Positions 8,601 through 16,453 of a stretch of DNA of 32,000 nt are shown piece after piece. The notes beneath the pieces are model-generated. The model was not told where the DNA came from. It worked only from the letters and a program-made list of their open reading frames with translations, and did no database searches. Within the stretch, counting starts at the first letter, position 1. Every line of letters begins with the position of its first letter. Source of the DNA: Dickeya solani IPO 2222. GTDB taxonomy: Bacteria > Pseudomonadota > Gammaproteobacteria > Enterobacterales > Enterobacteriaceae. Made by a program: the position numbers and the translations under genes. The stretch is taken from NCBI RefSeq assembly GCF_001644705.1, contig NZ_CP015137.1, positions 420,001-452,000 on the forward strand, in the 5' to 3' direction.

Positions 8601-8785
8601 ACGCTGTTTTCCAGCGTGTCGGCGGACGCGCCGGGGTAGCTGGCTTTGATGGCGACGGAGGGCGGCGCCACATTCGGGTACTGCGCCACCGGCAGCGATT
8701 CAATCGACAACGCGCCCGCCAGCATGATGACAATGGCGATCACCCAGGCAAACACCGGGCGATGAATAAAGAAACGGGAGAACAT
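5618..8785 (-). CDS. RND multidrug efflux permease (HAE1, AcrB/MexB-like)
   Basis: 1055-aa ORF. [42 protein letters not shown], and ...[20 protein letters not shown] are hallmark AcrB-family motifs. The length and the 12-transmembrane, two-loop layout are consistent. Confidence 0.95.
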   Translation of the reverse strand: [1055 protein letters not shown]

Positions 8786-8787
8786 GA

Positions 8788-9936
8788 TCAGCGAGCCTCC
8801 GTGGTGCGCGGCGTCGCCGAATCAGACCGGGCGCTCTCCTCGACGGCGGTGACCTTATCACCCACACGCACCTTGTCGGTGCCTTCGGTCACCAGCCGGT
8901 CGCCCGCGCTCAGCCCCTGGGTGATCAGCCAGCGGCTACCCATCGCTTCGCCGGTTTCCACCTCGCGCCGTTCCACCACCTGCTGATTATTAACCACCAG
9001 CGCATAGGCATTGCCTTTGGTGTCACGCAGGATGCCCTGCTGCGGCGCCAGAATGGCGTCGGGTACGCTGGCGGTTTCCACCGTAGCGCGCACAAACATG
9101 CCCGGCAGCAGCATATGGCCGGCGTTGGGGAACTCGGCGCGCAGCGTTACCGAACCGGTGGCCTCATCCACCGCCACTTCCGCCAGTTTCAGCACGCCCG
9201 GCTGGCTGTAGGGCTGGCCGTTTTCCAGCGTCAGCGTTACCGCCGCCTGCTGCTGTTTCTGGTGCGCCAGCAACGCCAGCCGCTGGCTGCTGGACTGGGT
9301 GAGGTCGACGTAGATCGGGTTCAACTGGCGGATAGTAGCCAGCGCGGTGGTCTGGCTGGCGGTGACCAACGCGCCCGGCGTCACCGACGAAATACCGATG
9401 CGGCCGGAAATCGGCGCGGTAATGCGGGTATAGGCCAGGTTGATTTGCGCGGTTTTCAGGGCAGCGGTCTTTTCCGCTACGCTGGCGACATCCTGCTCAT
9501 AGGTGGCCTGCGCATCGTCCGCATCCTGCTGCGACACGCCTTCTTCTTTCAACAACCGGGCATAACGTTCGGCTTTCAGTTTGGCCGAGCGCACCGTGGA
9601 CTGGGCGTTTTTCAGCGCGGCGGCAGCCTGATCCACCGTCGCCTGATAACTGGCCGGGTCGATCTGGTACAGTACCTGCCCGGTTTTCACTTCGCTGCCT
9701 TCGGTAAACAACCGCTGCTGAATGATCCCTTCCACCTGCGGGCGCACCTCAGACACCATCGCCGCCGTCACGCGGCCGGTCAGTTCGCTGTGCAGCGTCA
9801 CGGGGGCGCCATGCAACGTCTGCACGGTTACCGCCACCGGCTGCGGAGCCTCGGACGACGCGGTGTTTCGCTCACAACCGGTCAACAGCACGGTGAGCAT
9901 ACCGGCTGTTACAATAAAAGTTTTCCTTCGCATCAA
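8788..9936 (-). CDS. RND efflux periplasmic adaptor (membrane fusion protein, AcrA/MexA-like lipoprotein)
   Basis: 382-aa ORF. Lipobox VLLTGC. Motifs GRVTA..VSEVRPQVEGII and YTRITAPISGRIG are typical of the HlyD/MFP family. It stops 2 nt before the pump start. Confidence 0.9.
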   Translation of the reverse strand: MMRRKTFIVTAGMLTVLLTGCERNTASSEAPQPVAVTVQTLHGAPVTLHSELTGRVTAAMVSEVRPQVEGIIQQRLFTEGSEVKTGQVLYQIDPASYQATVDQAAAALKNAQSTVRSAKLKAERYARLLKEEGVSQQDADDAQATYEQDVASVAEKTAALKTAQINLAYTRITAPISGRIGISSVTPGALVTASQTTALATIRQLNPIYVDLTQSSSQRLALLAHQKQQQAAVTLTLENGQPYSQPGVLKLAEVAVDEATGSVTLRAEFPNAGHMLLPGMFVRATVETASVPDAILAPQQGILRDTKGNAYALVVNNQQVVERREVETGEAMGSRWLITQGLSAGDRLVTEGTDKVRVGDKVTAVEESARSDSATPRTTEAR

Positions 9937-9949
9937 GCCCTGTCCTAAA

Positions 9950-9975
9950 ATTGAGAATGAACGTTCATTCTCAAT
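9950..9975. promoter_or_regulatory. Perfect 26-bp palindrome, the probable TetR-family operator in the divergent promoter region
   Basis: ATTGAGAATGAAC|GTTCATTCTCAAT is 13+13 with no mismatch. It starts 14 bp upstream of the adaptor gene start (9936) and ends about 80 bp upstream of the tetR start (10056). Confidence 0.7.
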
Positions 9976-10055
9976 ATAAAGAATTTGACGTCAGACTTCT
10001 TATAAAATTTGCAAGGATAGCGTTAGCAACGTTATCCAGGCATTGGAGCAATGCT

Positions 10056-10652
10056 ATGCCATCACCCCACCATGAAGACAAAACGCAGGCCCGGCGTGAC
10101 CAGATAGTCGCCGCCGCCCGCCACTGTTTCCGCCAGTCCGGCTTTCACGGCGCCAGCATGGCGGAAATCGCCGCGCAAGCGCGGCTCAGCGTCGGGCAGA
10201 TTTACCGCTATTTCGTCAACAAAGACGACATCATTGAAGAGATCGTGCGCCGTATCGTCGATATCCGGCTACAGCGCATGACGCCGGAAAATGAAGAACC
10301 CCGGCGTTTCGCGCCGCTGCTGGCCCGCCGCCAGTTGCCGATCGCCGGCGACAGCGACGACGATGACAACCTGCTGATGCTGGAAGTGGCATCCGAAGCC
10401 ACCCGTAACCCGCAGGTGGCGAGCATCATGCAGGAGGCCGACCAGAAAATGTTTACCCGCGCCAGTACGTTGATGAAACACCGCTTCCCACATTTTTCGG
10501 ATGAAGAGATCGCGGCACGCACCGAACTGATGGCGGTATTATGCGAAGGCACGACGTTCCGCAGCGTGATTCCACAACGCGCCCCAGTCGCCGTGCTGGA
10601 ACCGCTGTATCAATCCCTGTTTGACTCACTGTTTCCTGATAAGACGCCATGA
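10056..10652 (+). CDS. TetR/AcrR-family transcriptional repressor
   Basis: ORF 9951..10652, trimmed to Met36 (ATG at 10056, GGAGCA Shine-Dalgarno at 10045-10050). RRDQIVAAARHCFRQSGFHGASMAEIAAQARLSVGQIYRYFVNKDDI is the TetR N-terminal helix-turn-helix. It is divergent from the RND operon. Confidence 0.9.
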   Translation: MPSPHHEDKTQARRDQIVAAARHCFRQSGFHGASMAEIAAQARLSVGQIYRYFVNKDDIIEEIVRRIVDIRLQRMTPENEEPRRFAPLLARRQLPIAGDSDDDDNLLMLEVASEATRNPQVASIMQEADQKMFTRASTLMKHRFPHFSDEEIAARTELMAVLCEGTTFRSVIPQRAPVAVLEPLYQSLFDSLFPDKTP

Positions 10653-11866
10653 CTGAAAAACTATCCCGTTCACGACTCGAATACGCCCTGATTCTGGGCG
10701 CGCTGGCCGCGCTCGGTCCGTTATGCATCGACCTCTATCTCCCCGCGCTGCCGCAGATGACCGGCGCACTCGCCGCCTCAACGGCGGTCACCCAACTCAG
10801 CCTGACCGCCGGCCTGCTTGGGCTGGGAGCCGGTCAACTGATCTTCGGCCCGCTGAGCGACAAGCTGGGCCGACGCCTGCCGCTGCTGCTGTCGCTGGCG
10901 ATGCTGCTGCTGACGTCGGTCTGGTGCGCGCTGGCGCAGGATATCGGCCAGTTGGTCGTCGCCCGGTTGTTGCAAGGCATCGCCGGCGCGGGCGGTGCGG
11001 TATTGTCCCGGGCCATCGCGCGGGATCTGTATGTCGGCCATGCCCTGACCCGCTTTTTCTCGCTGCTGATGTTGATCAACGGTCTGGCGCCGATCCTCTC
11101 ACCGGTACTGGGCGGCCTGTTGCTGGGCGTGACCGACTGGCGCGGCATTTTTGCACTGCTGGCGGTGATTGCCGGCCTGCTGCTGACGATGAGCGTGCTG
11201 CGGCTGAACGAGACGCTGCCCGCCGAGCGGCGCATCGCCGGCGGGGTCGGTTCGATGCTGTCGTCGCTGGGCAGCCTGCTGCGGGAGCGGGAATTCATGG
11301 GGTTATGTCTGGCGCAGGGCTTATGCGGCGCCGGGATGTTTGCCTACATCGGCGCCTCGCCATTCGTACTGCAGGAAGTGTATGGGCTTAGCCCGCAGGC
11401 GTTCAGCCTGTGTTTCGCGGTCAACGGCATCGGGCTGATCGCCGCCGGACAATTGGCCTCCCACTTTAGCCTGCGCTTTGGCGAACAGCGCGTACTGCGC
11501 GCCGGGCTCACCATCGCGGTCATCTCGGCGCTGGCGTTGACAGTGGCCGGCCTGCTGCACGCGCCGCTCATCGGCATTCTGGTTCCGTTATTTTTCGCCA
11601 TCGCCATGATTGGGATTGTCGGCCCCTGTGCGTCATCGCTGGCGATGCAGAGTCAGGGCAGCAAGGCGGGCAGCGCGTCGGCGCTGATTGGTCTGAGTAT
11701 GTTCGCGCTTGGCGCGCTGAGTGTGCCGTTTACCGGGCTGACCGGCAGCACCAGCGCGCTGTCGATGGCGCTGGTGATTCTGGGGTGTTATCTGCTGGCG
11801 GTCATCGCCTATCTGCTGTTATCCCTGAGACAGACTCCCCAGGGAGATCAACCGCACAAGAGATGA
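10649..11866 (+). CDS. MFS drug efflux transporter, Bcr/CflA (DHA1) subfamily
   Basis: 405-aa ORF. LGALAALGPLCIDLYLPALPQMTG...LGAGQLIFGPLSDKLGRR matches the Bcr/CflA signature. The ATGA overlap with the tetR stop suggests one transcript. Confidence 0.9.
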   Translation: MTEKLSRSRLEYALILGALAALGPLCIDLYLPALPQMTGALAASTAVTQLSLTAGLLGLGAGQLIFGPLSDKLGRRLPLLLSLAMLLLTSVWCALAQDIGQLVVARLLQGIAGAGGAVLSRAIARDLYVGHALTRFFSLLMLINGLAPILSPVLGGLLLGVTDWRGIFALLAVIAGLLLTMSVLRLNETLPAERRIAGGVGSMLSSLGSLLREREFMGLCLAQGLCGAGMFAYIGASPFVLQEVYGLSPQAFSLCFAVNGIGLIAAGQLASHFSLRFGEQRVLRAGLTIAVISALALTVAGLLHAPLIGILVPLFFAIAMIGIVGPCASSLAMQSQGSKAGSASALIGLSMFALGALSVPFTGLTGSTSALSMALVILGCYLLAVIAYLLLSLRQTPQGDQPHKR

Positions 11867-11928
11867 GCCGCACGCGGCGATAGCGATAAGACGTCGGTTA
11901 TCGCCAGCGTGGTTTCCCGGCTCACACA

Positions 11929-11957
11929 GCCCGTGCCGCAAGATTCACGGCACGGGC
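11929..11957. terminator. Stem-loop between convergent genes; possible terminator or palindromic unit
   Basis: Perfect 10-bp stem gcccgtgccg / cggcacgggc with a 9-nt loop. It lies between the MFS gene end (11866) and the esterase gene end (11967). No clear U-tract on either strand. Confidence 0.4.
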
Positions 11958-11966
11958 ATATCCCGA

Positions 11967-12953
11967 TTACAAACGGCCTTCGGTAGAATCATCGCCGCCA
12001 GACAAGGCAGGGTCAGGGATCGGTTCGCCCAGCGTGTGTTTAAACCAGTTGACGACTTTGCTGATGATCGCCGGCTGGAACCAGTAAATATCGCCATGCC
12101 CGGCGCCTTCCAGCACCACATATTCCGCCCGGTTTCCGCCTGCTACCAGTGCTTCATAGAGCTGTTTGCTTTGCTGCGGTGAAACGATATTGTCGGTAGT
12201 GCCGTGCATGATGAGAAACGGCGGCTTTTTGCCGTTGAGCTGGCCCATCGGGCTGGCGTTAAGCGCTTTAACCGGGTCGCTGGTAATGTTGGCGCCGGGA
12301 AAATCCATGAATGCCGGGCCGTTGACTAACAGCGCTTCCGGTACCGACGTCGAATCATGCACCTTGCGTAAGTTTTCCGGAAAACCTTCGCCAATGTTCA
12401 ACAAATTGGAAATCCCGTATACCGTGGCGACCGCCTGCACATCCGACGATTTATCCAGGAACCGACCTTTATCAAATTTTCGCTGCCCATTCGTCACGCC
12501 GGTCATTTGCGCGACATAGCCGCCAGCGGAATCGCCCAGTACACCGATTCTGGCCGGGTCAATACCGTATTCCGCCGCGTGTTCGCGCAAGTAACGCACC
12601 GCTGATTTGGCATCTTCAATCAGCGCCGGGTATTGGTCAGCGACCACGCGGTATTCCACCGCGGCGACAACAAAACCGGCTTCCGCCAGCGCCATACGCA
12701 TTTCAATAAATTTGGTATGCGCAGCGGAAAGGAATCCACCGCCGGGGAAATAGACAATCGCCGGTTTCAGGGTAGTCGTACGGGGGACGAGCAACGACAT
12801 GTCCAACTGACGGACTTGTTGTACGCTTTTAATTTGGGAATAAACGATGCCGTTAATCGCATCAATTTGTTGACGTACTTTGTTAACACGAATGACCTGT
12901 GCGCCCTGAGTATACCCCGGCAGATGATTAACGTTAGTAGCGGTATTCGTCAT
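11967..12953 (-). CDS. Alpha/beta-hydrolase fold esterase/lipase (HSL/fold-3-like)
   Basis: 328-aa ORF. The oxyanion-type motif is YFPGGGF. The nucleophile elbow is GDSAGG. Candidate Asp lies in HGTTDNIV and candidate His in GAGHGD. Confidence 0.8.
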   Translation of the reverse strand: MTNTATNVNHLPGYTQGAQVIRVNKVRQQIDAINGIVYSQIKSVQQVRQLDMSLLVPRTTTLKPAIVYFPGGGFLSAAHTKFIEMRMALAEAGFVVAAVEYRVVADQYPALIEDAKSAVRYLREHAAEYGIDPARIGVLGDSAGGYVAQMTGVTNGQRKFDKGRFLDKSSDVQAVATVYGISNLLNIGEGFPENLRKVHDSTSVPEALLVNGPAFMDFPGANITSDPVKALNASPMGQLNGKKPPFLIMHGTTDNIVSPQQSKQLYEALVAGGNRAEYVVLEGAGHGDIYWFQPAIISKVVNWFKHTLGEPIPDPALSGGDDSTEGRL

Positions 12954-13298
12954 AAATATAGTCCTTTAAATGATTTAGAAAAAACATTTTATAATCGCTT
13001 GTCACACGATTATTCCTGATGAACTCAATGGGTAATTGCCTTGACCAGCGCCACTATAATGGCTCTTCAGAATATAAAAAAATGGCGAGTGTTTGTTGGC
13101 TGAGGAAAAAACGAGCCAGTTAGTCGGATAAAGTTAAACCGCTATCTCAGAATAAATCCCGACGAATAAAAGAGATCAAAAATTAAAAATAGCTTCACGC
13201 CAATTATGGGGTTGGTTATTTTCCAGAAGAGATTGATTAGCGCGATAAAAGTGATGCGACATCGATTGGGATAAAAGAAGAAGAGAGGAATACAACCT

Positions 13299-13341
13299 CA
13301 ACAAATAACAACGGCGTTGGCTCCTGAGCGTCAACGCCGTT
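13299..13341 (-). terminator. Rho-independent terminator after fdhE
   Basis: 10-bp stem aacggcgttg (13310-13319) pairs with caacgccgtt (13332-13341). On the minus strand it is followed by GTTATTTGTTG. It begins about 22 nt after the fdhE stop. Confidence 0.7.
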
Positions 13342-13363
13342 TCAGCAGGCTGGACTATCCCGC

Positions 13364-14317
13364 CTACTGGCTGCCGTCCGGGAACAGGAACGGGTTGATG
13401 CTACTGCGGGAAAAACCTTCGTCTTCCATTTTCACATCCAGCACCAGCGAGGCCAGATCGTCCGCTACCGCTTCCACCCGGTGATCCTTTTCCTGATACA
13501 ACAGTTTCAGGTAGGTGCCGCAATCGTCGCAGCTTTCCGCCTTGATGGCAGCGTTTTCATCATCCAGCGACCAGTAATGCAGTTTGCCCGCCTGCTCGCA
13601 GTTACTGCACTTGATACGCACCATATGCCATTCGGTTTCACACAGGTTACAGTGCAGGTAACGCAGGCCGCTGGTGGCGCCGATCTGCACCACGCCGGAA
13701 ACCGGCATACTGCCGCACACCGGGCAAAACTGGCGATGCTCGCCCTGCTCGGCATGCGCCCGCCCCGGCAACTGGGTCGCCATCTGCGCCCAGTACAGCG
13801 ATAACGCCGCCCAGACGAACGGTGCTTTGTCGTTGTTTTCCGACGTGAATTGCTGGCCGATCAGCGCTTCCGCCAGCGCATCCCACTGCTGGACCGGCAT
13901 TTTTTCCAGGTTTTCCAGCGTAGCCAATACCTGGCCGCTGGCGGTGGCTTTCAGTTCTTCAATCAGCGCCTGCAGCAGCGCATGCCAGTGCGGATCGCGT
14001 GCAAAAGTAGCGGCATCCAGCGGCGGGCGTGCGGCGCTGTTTTGCACGCTGCTGTTGTGCACGCTATCGTGCAACAGGCCGGCGAGATCCACCTCCAGCG
14101 GATGGTCATGCCGCACTTTTTCCTGCGCATCCACTACCTCGGCGGCAAACAGCAGGTAATCCGCCAGCGGGTGATCTTGCGCCAGCTGGCGCAGGCGCTC
14201 GGCGCGACCGCTGTACAAGCTTTTCAGGTTAGCGAACAGCAAGGGAGGAATCGCGCCGAGGGTTGAGGTTTTCTCACTGTCGGCCAGTTGCTCCTGCGGC
14301 ACAATACGAATACTCAT
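13364..14317 (-). CDS. fdhE: Formate dehydrogenase accessory protein FdhE
   Basis: ORF 13364..14392, trimmed to Met26 (cat at 14315-14317). [14 protein letters not shown]...[24 protein letters not shown] parallels E. coli FdhE (MSIRIIPQDEL...). The CxxC pairs CPVCG, CNLC, CSNC and CDDCG are conserved. Confidence 0.93.
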   Translation of the reverse strand: MSIRIVPQEQLADSEKTSTLGAIPPLLFANLKSLYSGRAERLRQLAQDHPLADYLLFAAEVVDAQEKVRHDHPLEVDLAGLLHDSVHNSSVQNSAARPPLDAATFARDPHWHALLQALIEELKATASGQVLATLENLEKMPVQQWDALAEALIGQQFTSENNDKAPFVWAALSLYWAQMATQLPGRAHAEQGEHRQFCPVCGSMPVSGVVQIGATSGLRYLHCNLCETEWHMVRIKCSNCEQAGKLHYWSLDDENAAIKAESCDDCGTYLKLLYQEKDHRVEAVADDLASLVLDVKMEDEGFSRSSINPFLFPDGSQ

Positions 14318-14698
14318 CAGGTGATGTTTCCTGTTTATCCATGTGGAAGGGGCCGTGCGAGTACAACGCCGGCCCCATTCTGATGCCCTCATGTTAGCAG
14401 GTTATTCCCCACAATAAGGAGTGATTTTCCGAGCCGTGCCGCGAAGTGGAAAACATCAGCCAAACTGGATAGACACGGCCGGCTATCGACCGCAAAATTG
14501 GGTGACTGTCTTTCGCCGACAGAACTCAGGCTGTGCCCTTATTCTTCACGTCATTGGCCCGCGCGCAGGCATGCGGCGGCGATTTGACCTACAGGTTCGG
14601 ACGCGCAGCGAAAGGACGCCAGCCACGGATGCGCATGATCAAGGGACACCGCCTGATACGTATAACGATAACTTCGTCTAATGCTGGAAACGATATAC

Positions 14699-16003
14699 AT
14701 GACCGCAGTCTATTCTCAGACACCCACGCCAGGCACTATCGCGTCGATTTACCGCAAAATCACCTGGCGGCTGATCCCGTTCCTGTGCCTGTGCTATCTC
14801 GCCGCTTACCTTGACCGCATCAATATCGGGCTGGCGAAATTGCAGATGGCCAATCAGTTGGCGCTCAGCGACGTCGCCTTCGGTATCGGCGCCGGGCTGT
14901 TCTTCGTCGGCTATATTCTGTTCGAGGTGCCGAGTAACCTGATTCTGCAACGCGTCGGCGCCCGAATCTGGATTGCGCGCATCATGATCAGCTGGGGGCT
15001 GTTGTCCGCCGCGACGATGTTTGTCACCACACCTGCTCAGTTCTACGCGCTGCGTTTTCTGCTTGGCGCGGCGGAAGCCGGTTTTCTGCCCGGCGTGTTG
15101 TACTACCTGACCCGCTGGTTTCCCTCCTGGCGGCGCAGTCGCATCATTTCGCTGTTCATGATCGGCCTGCCGCTTTCCAGCGTGGTGGGCGGCCCGCTGT
15201 CAGGCTGGATCATGTCGCATTTTGATTTGGCCCACGGGCTACACGGCTGGCAGTGGATGTTTCTGCTGGAAGGGCTGCCGAGCGTACTGCTTGGCGTACT
15301 GACACTCTGGCTGCTGCCGAACGACATTGATCAGGCGCGTTGGCTGAGCGAGACGGACAAAGCGCAGGTGCGCGCCGATCTGGCGATCGACGCCCGCGAA
15401 GCGCCATATATGAAACACCGCTTTCGCGACGGTTTCCTCAACCTGAAAGTCTGGATGCTGGGCGGTATCGATTTCTCAATTCTATTGTGCGCCTATGCCA
15501 TGGGGTTCTGGCTGCCGACCTTCATTAAAAAGGCCGGCGTGGCCGATATCGGGCAGATTGGTCTGCTGACGGCAATCCCCAGCATCGCGGCGCTGGCAGG
15601 AATGGTCATACTCAGCGCCAGCTCCGACCGGCTGCGCGAACGGCGCTGGCATATCATCCTGCCATTCTGGCTGGGCGCGGCAGCGATGGTATCAAGTACG
15701 TTCTTCACCCAGAACATCGTGATGACGGTCCTGCTGTTCTCGGTGGCGCAGGCCACCATCATTGGCTCCGTGCCTGTGTTCTTCAGCCTGCCCGCCACCT
15801 TCCTCACCGGCACCGCCGCCGCCACCGGCTTTGCGCTGGCCTGTTCGCTGGCGAATATCGCCGGTCTGGTCAGTAATTCAATCATGGGCTTCGCTATGGA
15901 GCTAACCGGCAGCGGCAGCGGCGCGCTGTGGTTCTTCGCCTTCTGTCTGCTGCTCAGTTCGCTGCTGGTGGTGGCGCTGCCGGCAAAACTGGTGAATCGG
16001 TGA
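14699..16003 (+). CDS. MFS transporter, anion:cation symporter (ACS) family (tartrate/organic-acid transporter-like)
   Basis: ORF 14681..16003. The second ATG (14699) is preferred because it has a GGAA about 9 nt upstream. LCYLAAYLDRINIGLAKLQM...GAGLFFVGYILFEVPSNLILQRVGAR is the TtuB/ACS-type N-terminus. About 12 transmembrane segments. The substrate cannot be inferred. Confidence 0.8.
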   Translation: MTAVYSQTPTPGTIASIYRKITWRLIPFLCLCYLAAYLDRINIGLAKLQMANQLALSDVAFGIGAGLFFVGYILFEVPSNLILQRVGARIWIARIMISWGLLSAATMFVTTPAQFYALRFLLGAAEAGFLPGVLYYLTRWFPSWRRSRIISLFMIGLPLSSVVGGPLSGWIMSHFDLAHGLHGWQWMFLLEGLPSVLLGVLTLWLLPNDIDQARWLSETDKAQVRADLAIDAREAPYMKHRFRDGFLNLKVWMLGGIDFSILLCAYAMGFWLPTFIKKAGVADIGQIGLLTAIPSIAALAGMVILSASSDRLRERRWHIILPFWLGAAAMVSSTFFTQNIVMTVLLFSVAQATIIGSVPVFFSLPATFLTGTAAATGFALACSLANIAGLVSNSIMGFAMELTGSGSGALWFFAFCLLLSSLLVVALPAKLVNR

Positions 16004-16067
16004 GCTGGATTAGACCTGGCAACATCATGCCAAAGCGAGAGATTGGGTTACAGATGATGGGTTTACA

Positions 16068-16443
16068 GCGTCAAAACCGTGCTGAGGCAGGCGACTTCGC
16101 CGGGTGAGCCGCATGGACGCGGCGAAAGCCCGTGCCGCGCCGGACAAAAACGCCAGGAGCGTTTTTGAACAGCGTTTACGCTGGCCCGTAGGGCGAGCCC
16201 CAGGGATGGGGCGAGTAACCGCGTCACGGGCGGCCCGAACAGCGAAGGCGAATGCCGAAGGAACCGCGCTAGCGGCACAGTTTAGCACTCAGCCAGAGGT
16301 CAAGGAGAGGCGGCGTTTGAGCCTCTCCTTGTCGTGCGTGCGATGACGTTGCAAAGTAATCACTAACGTTATCAAGCACGAAACCTCCCACTGTTCTGAC
16401 AGAGATTTGCCAGCAACAAACAATAGTGCTGTTTGTCAACTGC
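16068..16443. repeat. Unclassified GC-rich structured intergenic repeat, copy 1, with an 80-nt nested insertion at 16140-16219
   Basis: Aligns by eye to 27015-27308, roughly 90% identical over the left two-thirds and weaker on the right. Weak similarity extends left to about 16052. The element ends 10 nt from the fdoI stop codon. Confidence 0.85.
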
Positions 16444-16453
16444 ACCTCGTAAC

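Noticed and set aside
13009-13022. The 14-mer ttattcctgatgaa is shared by the two AT-rich regions (13009-13022 and 21621-21634)
   Set aside because: A few exact 14-mer matches are expected by chance among about 1e9 position pairs in a 32-kb window, more so in AT-biased sequence. There is no extended similarity around them.
14681-14698. Upstream ATG (14681) as the start of the ACS-family MFS gene
   Set aside because: No purine-rich Shine-Dalgarno precedes it, whereas the ATG at 14699 has GGAA about 9 nt upstream. Either start is possible and the choice does not affect the call.
16025-16346. Small ORFs inside the repeat: 16025-16288 (minus), 16063-16278 (minus) and 16104-16346 (plus), and 26994-27194 (plus) in copy 2
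   Set aside because: Shared peptide stretches such as ASRAARTAKANAEGTA simply reflect nucleotide identity. Frames are not preserved across the indel, starts differ and there is no Shine-Dalgarno. I treat the element as non-coding.
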